64,000 bases of DNA. Source: Phallusia mammillata. Lineage: Eukaryota. A program made the translations under genes and the position numbers. The notes under the pieces were generated by a model, which was given only the letters and a program-made list of their open reading frames with translations, ran no database searches and had not been told where the DNA came from. Below, in pieces: positions 13,884-27,100 of this stretch. The stretch is from the NCBI GenBank assembly GCA_965637545.1, contig OZ281494.1, forward strand, positions 6,510,001 through 6,574,000, in the 5' to 3' direction. Numbering within the stretch: position 1 is the first letter of the stretch; each line of letters opens with the position of its first letter.

Positions 13884-14760
13884 AGTGAGTTTTTGATTAG
13901 GGTTTAACATGAAACTGCGTACATGTAATTTGTTGCCCGACAGTTAGCAAGGCCGCGGACGCAGTTGCATGTATTGACTGCCATGTTCAAACCTCAGGAA
14001 CCTACAACATATGTGACTTAACAACACAGAAGCGACACTTAAAGACCACACGATGAGTTGTTATGTATTGTAACTTAGCAAAAATAAACAAAACGTTCTC
14101 CCCCATCCATCAGAACTGCCTCGTACTTCACAAGATCAGAAAAGTCATTGGAGAAAGAAAGGATTCAGCTGGTCACACCCACTGATTTTCGATTTTTTTT
14201 GTTTAAAAAGGATTTCAATCTCATTCAAAGCATGATAGAGTCAGCTAGACCAGTGGTCGGCGACCGCCTGCGGTCCGGTGCCGGTACGTGAGGAGTTCGC
14301 TACCAGGCCGTATAGTTTTTTGGCTTTAGGTTGCCGACCCCTAGACAGACAATTGCTGTCAAATTAACATACTTGGATGATTATTCTGATGTTAGCTTTT
14401 AATGAGGAATATTCCAAAGAATATTTTGATTTTCTTTTTTTTATTGATTTTTTTTCAAAGGACATAACTCAACACAAACAAAACTGTTCAACAGCGAATT
14501 AGTATACTAGACACAAAAGAGTAAAATAAAAACTACCAGCTGATAATAAAAAAAAAAGATTATTAGAAAATGAAATATCTAAATTTTGATTTGAAATATT
14601 TAAAATATTTAGATTCAACTGTCGTTTTGAACAATTTAGGCATGGTGTCGTTCAGTCCGACAATCACCTTAATTGAGACGTTACACAGCGGTCGGTAGAC
14701 GTTAATATAGAAACGACCGGTCTATCGGTTGTCTGTTAATACGTCTTACGTATCCTGCCT
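13884..14760. repeat. degenerate non-coding homology block, second copy about 21505-22000, each upstream of an adhesion GPCR gene
   Basis: atgaaactgcgtacatg(t/c)aatttgtt at ~13909 and ~21529; aacacagaagcgaca / aacgcagaagcgaca; ttttga(a/c)caatttaggc(a/t)tggt..tcgt..agtccgaca at ~14626 and ~21857. Confidence 0.7.
14251..14342. mobile_element. very short degenerate hAT-like MITE
   Basis: cagtggtcggcgacc ... ggttgccgacccct imperfect inverted ends, with ctagac on both flanks. Confidence 0.5.
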
Positions 14761-15487
14761 CCTGTCACCATGCAGGAAATATTGGACTTGTTCCTTTCAA
14801 AATTCGGTCTGTTAGCACGAAAATAGCTTGAACTGCGTAAAATGAGATTCAACTCGGCATCTTGTGTGACAGCAAACCATTCCTTGCTGGTGTGTTATGT
14901 GGTATTAAGCTAAAGAGACACATTTAATTGTTCAGTTATGTCTCATGCAACCACATCTTAATTGCATGAACAAGCTACGTTTGTAACACGAAAGTTTCTA
15001 CATGCAATATTAGATTAAAACAGATGATGCAGGACATACACAGAAACTGCACAGAAGCAGTTACTGGTAATTGAAACCAGTAACTATTAGGTTTTGTAAG
15101 TAAAAGAACTCCTATTTGACAGTGTTATTTCATACATAACGTGAATTATATAATAGGTGTGGGTTTTCGCATAAGTTTTTGCAACATCGACGTTTTAATT
15201 TTTAGTTTCATTGTCACCCGTTTCATATTGATTAAATCACCAAGTCATACATCGTTATGAATTGAGATAAATATATTTCGCCTATATGCGGCACTTTTAG
15301 TTATTCAAATGTAATGGATGATTTAGTGATTTAACAAATTTGAATCAATAAGCATAAGGTTCATTCAAGTCTTTATCCACCAAGCAATCAGCTTAAAGTT
15401 TAAATATACTGTATTTTATCATCAGTAATCAAATTCAATAACAGTCAATACAGCAAATTGTTATATCAAACTGTGATTGTTACAAAG

Positions 15488-18400
15488 ATGGATCGACTTG
15501 GTTGGGTTTTTATACTAATCTTGTGCTTTTCTATTACTCAACTTGTCCAAGGTATTTTGCTTTTGCTGACTCCAGTAGTGGGTAGAGCTATACAAAATTT
15601 TCCCCGTTAATTCTGCATTTTTGTAGGGGTTTGTTTATCTGACAACAAAACATCAGTACTGGATCCACAATCTTGTGCTTACAACACTTTAAAGTTGGCC
15701 GAGAAACGTCCGACAATAAACCCGGGTAAAATCTGCTGTGTAGATAATATGGTAAATGAAGTACTACAGGTACAAAGTGGTATTGGATAGTGGCGAAAAA
15801 TGTTGCTTTGTTCAAAGATCTGATAAAAAAAAACGCTAAAACTGATCAGACGGCAATTCTCAGCGAGTAAATAACCAAGCTGGAGACTTGTACGTCGAAA
15901 CAGTGCGCATTTTCTGCTGCTTATTGTGTATTGGGTCGATGCTTTTATTTTGTTATTGCAGTCTTGAAAAACAAATAATTCTCTTTAATGTGTGTAAAAT
16001 GTGTTGAAATGTTGTTTCACAGACCGGAAGTTTAAAACTTTTTACTTACAGTCACGGCGGAAACAAGTGCAATTGTCGTTGGTTGGTCGGATGCCAATAG
16101 TAAGAAAGTTTAAATTAAAAATGTTTGGTAAAGAATTCTTAAATTAAAACAAATATATTTATTAAAATTGTAAACATTCGCAGTTTCTGTTGTCCAGTCA
16201 AAATAATTGTCGGTTTTCAATATACATTACTCAACAACATTGTTCTATGATTTTTTCTAAGAATGCTGTACATATGTCTACACAGAAGGGAAATGCTACG
16301 ACGCATCTACATATCGCTTGGGTATGCATACAGAGCGTTATTGAAACTTTGTAGTAATAACAGTGGAATGCAACCTCCATGCTACAATAAGAAAATTAAT
16401 TTTCAATTTCAAATTTAAATCCAGCCCTTATGATTGAAAATTTCTAGAATCTGCCATTGCGGATTGAGATCGACGAGAGCAAAACGCAAACAGACATAAA
16501 TTCCTTTATTTTTCGCTCCATGTAGGTATGACGCATTGGTTAAAAGCCCACACGTGTTTTTTTTTTCAGCAAACCGTCGTGTACACGGGTGCGATATTCT
16601 AAACATTGACAAGTGGAAGTCAGTAAACTTCAACCTCTACCACAGCTTTCAAGTCAAGGCAACAAGAAATGAAAACGGTAAGTAAATATGTTCTAAGTAA
16701 TCAAATGACCAGCCACAAAGCTTGAGTATTTGTTGTGTTTTGCATCAAGTTTTGGAATTTACAAACAGAAATCTAGGTTAATTTTCATCATACTGGGCGA
16801 AATCGTTCCTACAGCTTACGTTTCAATATGCAATCAGGGAAAAACACTCTACCAGAACAAAATGCACATCGTTTCACACAGCCAAAAAAACACTATTATC
16901 TGGCTATGGACATTCGCTAAATTGTCAGAAGATTTATAGTTTTTTTTGCACATTCTTACAACTAACAATTTTCTTATTTTTAGAAATTCAATTCTCTGCA
17001 CTGCCTTGCAATGTTGCGGGTGAGAATGAAAAACCATTTGTTTCACTTAGCTACTGACTAAATCTACTTGATATCAGTTTCAAATATTCTATTTATAAAC
17101 GATTTCTATGAAAATTTGTCCTATTAAAATAGTATAAATCATAGTTTTAGGCAGTGAGAAAAAGGCTACAAAACTTCCTAACAGGCAGATTTATATATTT
17201 TAGTTATCCAAGAGCATATATTCCTTGTTTACAATATCTAAAATATGTTTTCTTATTTAAGATACATGCCTGGCTGAAACCACAACTACAAATCCAACCA
17301 CGACTGCAGGTCACAAACCGATTTTTTTTAAATATTCATGTTTGTAGTTGTGAATATTGTAATACACTTGCTATTGCCTTTGTCATTTACTTTATCGGGG
17401 ACAATCCAAGCAACAAAAACTGGTCCACGTCTGGTATGTGCAACGGTTTTTAAGATTTAGTTCCCACAAATTCACTGGCAACTGTTTAATTTATCGGGGA
17501 AAATCCAAGCAACAAAAACGGGTCCACGTCTGGTACGTGCAACGGTTTTTAAGATTCAGTTCCCACAAATTCACTGGCAACTGTTTAGGGTTTCGTAGCC
17601 TGGGAAAAACGTCTGGTCTTGACACAGTGTCAACTTTCCAATATTTTTAGCACCGATGTGTTTTTATTTTGGAATATTTATCATGGCTGTGCACATATAA
17701 TAGTGACTCGCTACATGTTTAGATGTCGATTTTCTATAAGAAGCTAGCATTTATCCAAAGTGTTAGAGTTTAATTGAACAATTTTGCAACTAAAAATATT
17801 ACTGTAAGTTTACATTTGTTTATCTTTAGATTCTGCTGCTTTTTTGAGTGACACTATTGCGAGTCTGAATCCAGATTCTACAGATGATTTGGAAAAAATT
17901 GAAAATTTAATCCGAAGAAAGGTAACCGAAGGTCAAAACCTCACGGCAGATTACGGCAATGCTCAACTGCACATTGAAATAGTCAAAAATAACCAGAGTG
18001 AATACAATTCAAACCTACAACTTGGATCAACTCACATCGACTTCACGCTACAAACCAATGAAAAGCGTCTCGTGACTGCTGCGCTTGTCTTCCGCATTAA
18101 CACAACAAAAACAGCACAGACTCAGCCGGCCGAAGCAAGTTCGCTGGCCACAACGCGATACATAGCTACGGTAAACACACCGTACATTGCTATTGGGGGT
18201 TGGGATGCCGATGGTACTGATGAACCAATCCATCCACTGCAAGGACAGGCAACTATCGTTGGGTCTTTAACTTCACCGGAATCTGTTTGTAAGGAGATCG
18301 ATGCCGAAAAGAAAAACACAGGAAATTTGATGATCAACAAAGTGGAACCATTATGTCTCTTTTTCGATAAAGTTGAAAGAAAATACTCCGATCATGGTTG

Positions 18401-19706
18401 CGTCACAATTACTGATGACCTAACAGGCAACGTCACTTGCAAGTGCAACCATCTTACCCTTTTCACTGTTCTACTTGCTGTCCAATCTATCAAAATACCA
18501 AAGGGCGTCACGGTAAGCACGTCGCTGTAAATTAAACACAACCAAGTAAGTCACGTTTTGCATTTAGGTCACATCTTATACGACAAAATCAGCATCCATC
18601 GTATTTCTGTTTGCCACCATAATAATCCTTCACAAATCGAAACACAGCGGAGATCGGGTTCCTGCTCAAATTAGCTTGTCACTGGCTCTTCTTCTCTTAC
18701 ACGTTGTCAACATATCACATAATCTTGCCGTCTTGAATGAGGTTGCTTGCGTGGTGCACACAGCATTCAATCAGTATATGTTGCTGTGTTCAGGTGAGTG
18801 AAGAGATGATGTAACAGAGCACGAAGTGTTGGAGCACTGCATGAAATCTAACAGATTTTGTTTTAGGAATGTGGTTCCTGGTGGAAGGCATTCGTCTCTT
18901 CATGGCAACCTCGTTTCCATTTGAGTTTCACAACCAGAATTCGTCAAATCGTCTCAAGATATTCATGCTGATTGGTTGGATTATTCCTGCTTTTTTGGTG
19001 TGCTTGTCCATAGCTGTTGGGTTGCCCCTCGGTATCTACATGAAGCCTCAACCTTTGTTCAAGCAATGTAACGAATTCATTCCGATTCTCAAGTATGACC
19101 GATGCTGGTTGACCCCTGGTACTCCGATCTTCTATTCAACTGTGGTCGCTCCTCTTGCTCTCATCATCTTGATCAACTTCATGATTGTATTGAAGACGAC
19201 ACATGTGATGCTGAACTCAAAGAAGGTGCAAAACAGAGGTGAAGATGCCGTGAGAGACGACGCGTTGAGTGCAGCAAGGTGTTTCATCTTACTCTTCTTT
19301 ATGCTCGGCGGAACCTGGATTTTTGCTTTCTTCACAGGTGATATTTGTGTGTAAACATTTTTTTGTTTTTATTATTCACACCATTGTCCCTGCGTTGTTT
19401 TTCCTAATTATTTAACAAAAACACCTTTTGACAGGAATTGGCAACAATATTTCGAACGAGATATTCATGTACATCCACAACGTGTTGAACGGATCGCAGG
19501 GAATCGTCGTCTTCCTGTTGTATTGCGTCATGAATGGCGACCTCAGACAGGAAATGCTGACATGCAAGCGTAAAGCTGATGTAGCATCTGAGCTGCAGGA
19601 GAACGAGGCAAACCCAGAAGGAGGTGAAAGTTTAAACCCGATAGGAGGCGAAAGTTCGATTGAGCACCAAGGTGAAAGTGCGCGAAGGCTGTCAAATTTT
19701 GCTTGA
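15488..19706 (+). CDS. adhesion GPCR A: signal peptide, small Cys-containing exons of uncertain structure, GAIN/GPS, 7TM. Firm exons 17830-18512, 18568-18793, 18867-19337, 19435-19706; probable 5' exons 15488-15551, 15627-15725, 16570-16677, 16984-17019, 17262-17309
   Basis: GPS motif CLFFD...YSDHGC...VTCKCNHL|TLFTVLL followed by seven hydrophobic segments with family-B hallmarks (WFLVEGIRL, IGWIIP, RCWL, LGGTW, NGSQGIVVFLLYCV). Exon 1 encodes signal-like MDRLGWVFILILCFSITQLVQG. The 5' exons are inferred from splice signals and open phase-1 frames only. Confidence 0.85.
17391..17588. repeat. two tandem 99-bp units in an aGPCR-A intron
   Basis: tttatcgggga(c/a)aatccaagcaacaaaaac...ttcactggcaactgttta repeats at 17391 and 17490 with few mismatches. 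Confidence 0.95.
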
Positions 19707-22700
19707 AGAAAGAGGTAAAGACACAAATTTAGATGTTTAAAGGATTTGTTGCAGTTTTTGCTTGTACAGCGTCTGTTTTCTTTGCCTCACCCTTTTTTGT
19801 TGGATGGCCTGAATATGCTAAAATGTTATAAAACTGGGTTGTTGGGGCGGTCACATACCATAGACATGTGTTTTTGGTTTGGTGCCACACTTTCAAGCTA
19901 AAACTATTTTCTCTTTTGTTGCTACCACTGAAAACCGTAAAGCAGCAGCTACGTTTTTATTCGTTTCACTGTTGTTATGTGGCTTTGAAATTATTACCAT
20001 TTTGTCATTTAAATTTTGGCTGACATATTTTTTATTTCGTTATTTTTAAATCACGCCTGTTTCGTATTTCGTATTATTGGTCGCACAACAGGATTTTATC
20101 CAATTTCTGTTTACAAATCGCTACATTCACCTATTTCAATGCATTCGTTTGTGTATATATTACTGTGTGTTAATTGACCGTCCTATTTGCACGTCACCAT
20201 AACTGTTGACCTCTAATTAGAATGTTAATGGCGCCAGTTAAGGTTGAAAAATCCGAAATCTGCTAACATCAAACAAACACAGTTATCATTTCGTTGCTCC
20301 TACCATTTTGTGTTGTGACAATAGTATTTGTATGTAAATTTTAAATTTTTATATAACGTTAAAATAAATGAGTGACGGGAGTTATTGGAAAATTTTGACC
20401 ATGTGTTTTGTCTCAGTTTAGAGCTTATTTCCAAACTCAACTTCAGCAACTTTAACTACTTCTGAAAAAACTCGAAACAAATACTAAACCAAAGATACTT
20501 AAGCCTTGGGTAAATACCCCTAATGGAGTAATCTCACACTTTACAGAAGTGCTGACTTCAGGGGAACTGCAAAAAATGTTTTACTAAATTGAGATTCAAA
20601 GCAAAGATTTTTCGTTTTGGTCTATTTTGGTCCATGTATGTCAATAGAGGGTCAGTGCTATTATACCTCTGCAGCAGTATAATGCCAAATAGTAATCTTG
20701 TTTTGAAATTGATTGATGACTTAAGGAAAATACAATGCATTTTGCCACAGTCTACACAAACATGAACGTTTAAACCTCTCCCTGTGATTATCATAAATAT
20801 ATCACACAATTTGAGCTGTATCTAATGATGTTTGTCTGCGTGACTTATATTGTAACAAACCATTTCTCATAAATGCTTTGTTGCGTCAATGCGTGCTTGG
20901 CCAACGTTGATTGGTTAATGTTGTTTCAGGTAGTCACGCCCTATAATTTAATGTTTAGGTAGGGGTTGCGTTTCTGACGGTCGTAAATTAGTATTTGTAA
21001 AGGTAATAGATGAGTAGGTTGCAAAAAGAAAAGTCAAAAGCAAAAGTTTAGCACATTAGCATATGAACAATAAATTTCATACACCATTTCCCATTTGACA
21101 GGATTTGTATTTTTAACTTAAAGAATCAACTTGGAGAAAAGTAGTTTTCAACTGGAAACCTAGATTAGCTAATAGAATCCAGCAATCCGCTAGTGTCAAA
21201 TAATCAAATTTCAGCATTCAGTTTGGTATGTTGAAATTTACAAATTATGTACCACTCATTAATTTATCACAGCACCCTGTCACAATTTCTGCGAATGTGA
21301 ACGTACACGGTAAAGGATATCCCTGACAGATATCCAATCTGTAAATACATTTTGGGCCTGTTTGAAAAATAGCAATGACGAGTTATGTACGCTAACGTCT
21401 GTTTTACATTCCCTTTCAACTTTGTGCAGGTGCTTTAGTGAACCCGTTTCAAACTCGATTCTTGTTCTTTTGAAAGAACCGGAAACAATCAAATTAACGC
21501 CTAGTGAGTTTCTTAGAAGGGTGTAATATGAAACTGCGTACATGCAATTTGTTAACCAACAGTTGGTAAATGTGTGGAAGCCGTTACTTGTATTGACTGT
21601 TACGTTTATAACGCGATCAACAAATGCAACTAAACAACGCAGAAGCGACAACTAACGACTACGAAAAACATGCATGGCCCACACAAAGAGTTCAAATTAT
21701 ATTTTCGAATAGAATTCGTATCTTTTTCGATTTTTAACAAATGTCTTGCTTTATAAGTATCTGTCGAGACGAAATAAACCATAAAGTGCACACACAATTC
21801 AAACCTTTTTCTCTCGTGTTAGAAAAAATAAAATAAAATTCTCAGTTAAATTTTCGTTTTGACCAATTTAGGCTTGGTTTCGTATAGTCCGACACACGTT
21901 AATTTGGACACCAGACAGCCTAATTCGTCAGATCTTGATATCACAACGACCGGTTTATTTATTATCAAAACGGCCGGTCTATCGGTTTGGTAATACGTGT
22001 AGTGACCGTACTTTATTTTTAAAGTCTATGCAGCCTGGATGTCACCGACAACCGCACAAGGGTTTATTAATTTGTCTCCAATGCAACACTGCCTGCCTGA
22101 CGGGTACTTTTAACCGTGTCTGTTGCACAACAGCATTGGTTCTCTGTTAAACGAACAGAAAATATGTCACAAACACATTATAACGAATACGCTGATCAAC
22201 GTACACCAAGCAACATGTTAAGAATCATTATTACAGTATTTTTCATTTATAAGTTATCACAAAATAAATCTCATAGAATAAACACAATCAAAGTAAGTAC
22301 CAACTTGTTAGCAATCCAGGTTTAAATTACAGGTTTTAATTGCACTTTGTTTGAAAAAAGACATTTCAACACTTTAAATCACTTTCATTATCCAAGTTGA
22401 TGTAGCTGCAGTCTGCACAAAATTGCACCACCAATGACATTATACGCATTGTTACGTTAGAGTTTTCTCCACCAATCATGACAGGCGTTTTGTCACAATA
22501 AAATGTCAAAACACAAGCGTGTAGCAGAAGCAGGGAAAGAAAGCACAAGTAAGCAAATTCTCGCTGGAACAATGTGCGTTCCAAATTAAAGCTTTTTACT
22601 GTAAAAATGTAACATTTTTTCCTATAAGGTACCTGCAGCTAACAAGGCCCATGAAAAAACTATTGCGTATAACTGAAAAACCATTTAACCATTCCAGGCC

Positions 22701-24109
22701 AAATTCGGCATGATTGTTTCAGAGGTTGATATTAAACATCCATTAGATTTTGAGGACGTTTGCAAGTTTTGTTTTTGTAGGATAACAGTTTAAAAAAAAT
22801 TAAAACTTGGACCTTAATACAATCCTATGCTGTTAATAAAGCCCAACATTTTCATGTTTTTAAAAATAGTCTAGAAACCAATCAGACTCATTGATACTTT
22901 GCTTCAGTCAAATGAAAGTTCAAACAAGCAACGTTATTGACTCATATTACATATACTGTTAACTAAGACATATAACAGTTAATCTGAAGGTACTAAAAAA
23001 AGAATAAACGACCCCTTGACATTTGATAACCAAAAATACTAAATGAAAGATTACTTCCACAAACATCTTATTCGGACTTTTTATCTCCCTAAGAAAGCAA
23101 AAAAGCAAATTTTGTGCATATCAGTCGCCTTTACTATAAAATACACTTGAGAAAATAACAGATTATCGTTGGGCCTTATTGCAAGCAATGGGTGATAAAC
23201 AAAACCGTAATAAAATTTATTTGAAGGAATTCTTTTTTCCGGATCGGATATGTATTTTAAAATTACATCAAAACGGAAGCATTTTTTCTGGCACATAAAA
23301 AAATATTAGCAGTAGGCCTTATTACCTTCCAGGCCTATATACCTTCAGGTACCTTACATTTTGTTTGGCATATAACACCTTTTATAGTTGTACAAGGACA
23401 AAAAATCCGTTCATTACTTGTCCGATATCAAATGTTGTGGTTGCATTTTGAAGCAAAAACGTAACACGGGACAAATACAGTTTTATATTGGAAGCAGTAG
23501 TTTAAAACCAACTCATGCGTTAGACTTGACATGACTATATTAATCAAAACTCTCATCACGAACTGCATCCTGCCGAGGCGTAAGAAACACTGGAATTTCC
23601 GTTTAAATGATGATTAGATTAAGCTATGTAGATGCCGTTGAGCTGCTTGCCTTTTGTTATAACAAACCATTATTTTCGGTACTTTAAGGCGGTTGCTTAT
23701 GTCACAGCGTGATACGTGAAGCAAGCTGATTGGTCGCTTGTGGTTTATTTGTTTGTAAGAAAGTTGCTGTTATATGTTGTCTGGTATGACAATACTTGTT
23801 TAAAAAGCAAGTTAATTTTTTCAAAAAACAAAGCCAGGGACAGGTTCGATGTTAAATGACATTGTTGCATAAATAAACCGGAGTGTGGAGTTAGACTCAT
23901 ATTAAGCTTGTTTATCTCGAACTAAGACAGATTTAACATTTCCCGAAAAGCCCGGCCCGACTTACAACCTTAACTCAAAGTAAAAACAAGTTATGTATTG
24001 TAAGAAATAGTTTGAATTCTTTTAAGTGCTATGCACTGGAGGTAATGTGTTTAAATTTTTGTTTAAGACTTTTATTTTGTTCAACCGAAACAAAATTTCA
24101 GCGAATGTT

Positions 24110-27100
24110 ATGAACTTCATAGGCCTTGTTGCATTGTTGAGTGCTGTGCTGATCAACAGTGTGTCAACCCAGATTGTACTTGACGCAGGTAAGCTAAATG
24201 TTTAAACTTTTGTTTTCTGAATTTGTTTGAAAAAAGGACTGGCAAATTTGAACTTAATCATATACCGGTACCGGCTGTGATATTTTTATGTGTATATTTT
24301 TGACTAATGTCCAACTATATTTCTGTTTTAGTAAGCGTCATGTACAACGTCACGACTAACACTCCGGATGGTTTTGGAGGCATGATTACAAGCATTGTAG
24401 ATGTTCAAACTATTTCCTGTGCAAACATATCCATCGCCCAGTCATCACGAGACACTATTCTAGCTGGTCGTAACTCGATCGGAAGTAGGTTGTAAACAAA
24501 ATGACGCCAATACAACCAACTCCACTTGTCATAAAATATTTTAATATCGTTGACAAACTTTTCCATTTTACGTGTGATGCCTAGATTGAAGTCTAAGTGG
24601 TTTTGAATAGTAGACAATTCCATATTTTAACAAAGACTAATTTTGAAATCGTTCAGTTGCTGACATATGCAAGACCACTCTCCATCCTTGCGATATAAAC
24701 GCCAACTGCACAGAACCAGGATTCTCGTTGGTCCAATGCAGGTGTAAGAGTGGTTTTAACGACAAAAGCACATCAAGGTTTACTTCAAGAATCATTCCAG
24801 CAGGAACAATCTGCACAGGTAGGTGCTTTTTTACAAATTTTATGACCGATAAAACATAGACATACACAGAAGCTTAATAAACCAATATCATAACTTATTA
24901 ATTTATAAGCATACGTTTACAGAACGGTTTGGCTTTATCCCAAACAAAGTTGAGCTCACAATACGATTTAAGTTATTGAAATAAAAACGGTGTGTTGAGA
25001 TTGATATGTAGAGAAAACAGCTTATAAGAGGAATTTATTGTTTTTTCTGAACTGATTTTTATATTCCGGCTTTTTTTCGTTTTCATTGCACAGCACCTCT
25101 TTCCAACTATGTCAAATACTGTGTTGTAATAATTAAAGTCACAATCGTATTACTGCGAAACTGGATGCGATTTCGTTGTCCAAAAACATTTTGAACACTT
25201 TGTTCCAGATATTGACGAATGCGCCGCGAACGGAACGGTTTGCGGTCCACAAACTGCTTCATGCACCAACTCTATTGGAACATACACTTGCACATGCAAC
25301 ACTGGATACGAACCTAATTTCGAGAAGGTTTGCGTAGGTTAGTGGGGTATTCTCTTTTTTATCTATTATGCTCCATATACAGGTCAACTATAGACTTTGT
25401 CGTTACAGACATTAACGAGTGCTTTGACCCAAGTTTAAACAACTGCTCCACTTTCGCTACTTGCTTTAATACAATCGGCGGCTTCAGTTGTGATTGTGAT
25501 TCGGGTTTTACAAGAAATGGAACGGCATGTGCAGGTAAGAATGTTTAACGCTGAAAACTCCAAACACTGTATGGTTGATTGCTGGTCCCCACGTGTGTAA
25601 GGGTCCGTAAATGCTGTTAAATATTTCGTAAACACATGCATTATGATTAAGTAGATACAATTCTCCGCCCACTCCCTGTCAGTCATGTTTATTATAACGA
25701 AGCAGTGAACAAAACAAACTCGGTAATGTAAAAGTAGCTATTAATACAGCTGAAAGAAATTTTATCATGACAACCACACGTAATTTTCGACTGTGTCCAA
25801 AAAAATAATGGAACATGTTTATTGTTATGTGTCTGCGGAACTATTAATAATTATGTAAAAAATCTTTGTAAAAAAAACAATTAAGAAAACTATTCTCTAG
25901 ATATTGACGAATGTGCCTTGAACGGTACGGTTTGCGGTCCACAAACTGCTTCATGCACCAACTCTGTTGGAACATACACATGTACCTGCAACTCTGGATA
26001 CGATCCTAATTTCGAGAAGGTTTGCGTAGGTTGGTGGGGTATTCGTTTTTGTTCGTGTCTCCGAATACAGATTAATTGTTGTCATCGTCGTTGCAGACAT
26101 CGACGAATGCTCTAAACCCGGTTTGAACAACTGCCATATCCAAGCTATTTGCAGCAATATCGACGGAAGCTTCAATTGTGATTGTAACTCTGGTTTTACA
26201 GGAAACGGAACATCATGTACAGGTAATAATTATGAATCTCTTTCCTGACGCATATTGATCCTACTCGATTTGTTTTGTTTATTTCTTTTTTTTTCTTCCC
26301 TAAAGTTTGTCCACGCTTTTTTGCCATGAAATGTTTGGTGGATTTGGATGAAACTTTTACAGATGTTCGATATAGTTATGTAGATGTGCCATCTGCTTTG
26401 TTTGTCATGATAACCCAAGTATTTACCCCGCTAGGCCCCCAAGTTGTTGGTGCGCACCACAACATTTTACATGTTTTTGTGGTGTTATAAAGCTGAGCTT
26501 CCCAAACGTTTTTGATCGCGACCCCTTTTAATCTCTTTAAATTTTCCGCGACCCTTTACGGATAATATGATAGACAATGCAAAACAATACGTTTGTTGTA
26601 TTTATTGAAACGCCTAATTCGGGCGAAAACTAAAACAACCTATTGGTACTCGGAGTACTACTTCACACGTCCAAACACCGATACCTTATTTTTAGTTCTA
26701 GTTTCTGTGACATTGTTTCGCAAATGGGCACTTGTCACAATTTCTTCCTGTGGTTTGGACGTTTGCTGTGCGTCGAGAACATACGCACGTTCGTAAAGAA
26801 CGTTTTGCCGAATCGGCAATTTTAACGATTTAAGTAATTTGTTAGGGCAGAAAATAGAAGTAAAAGCAATTTAGGTATCAAATCATGTATCAAATCAAAA
26901 GCAATTTAGGTATCAAATCACCTTGGACCAAGTTTAGGTCGTGCTTTGGAAACGGATATTAAACACTGTTTAAAAATCGTAAATTTATTACCCATTTTTA
27001 TTAGAGAAAGTTATTGCCCCAAACAATACTTAAACGTTAGTCTATAACTTTATATGTCATGTTTATGTTACATTAAAATGCCTGTGTATTTCAAAACAAT

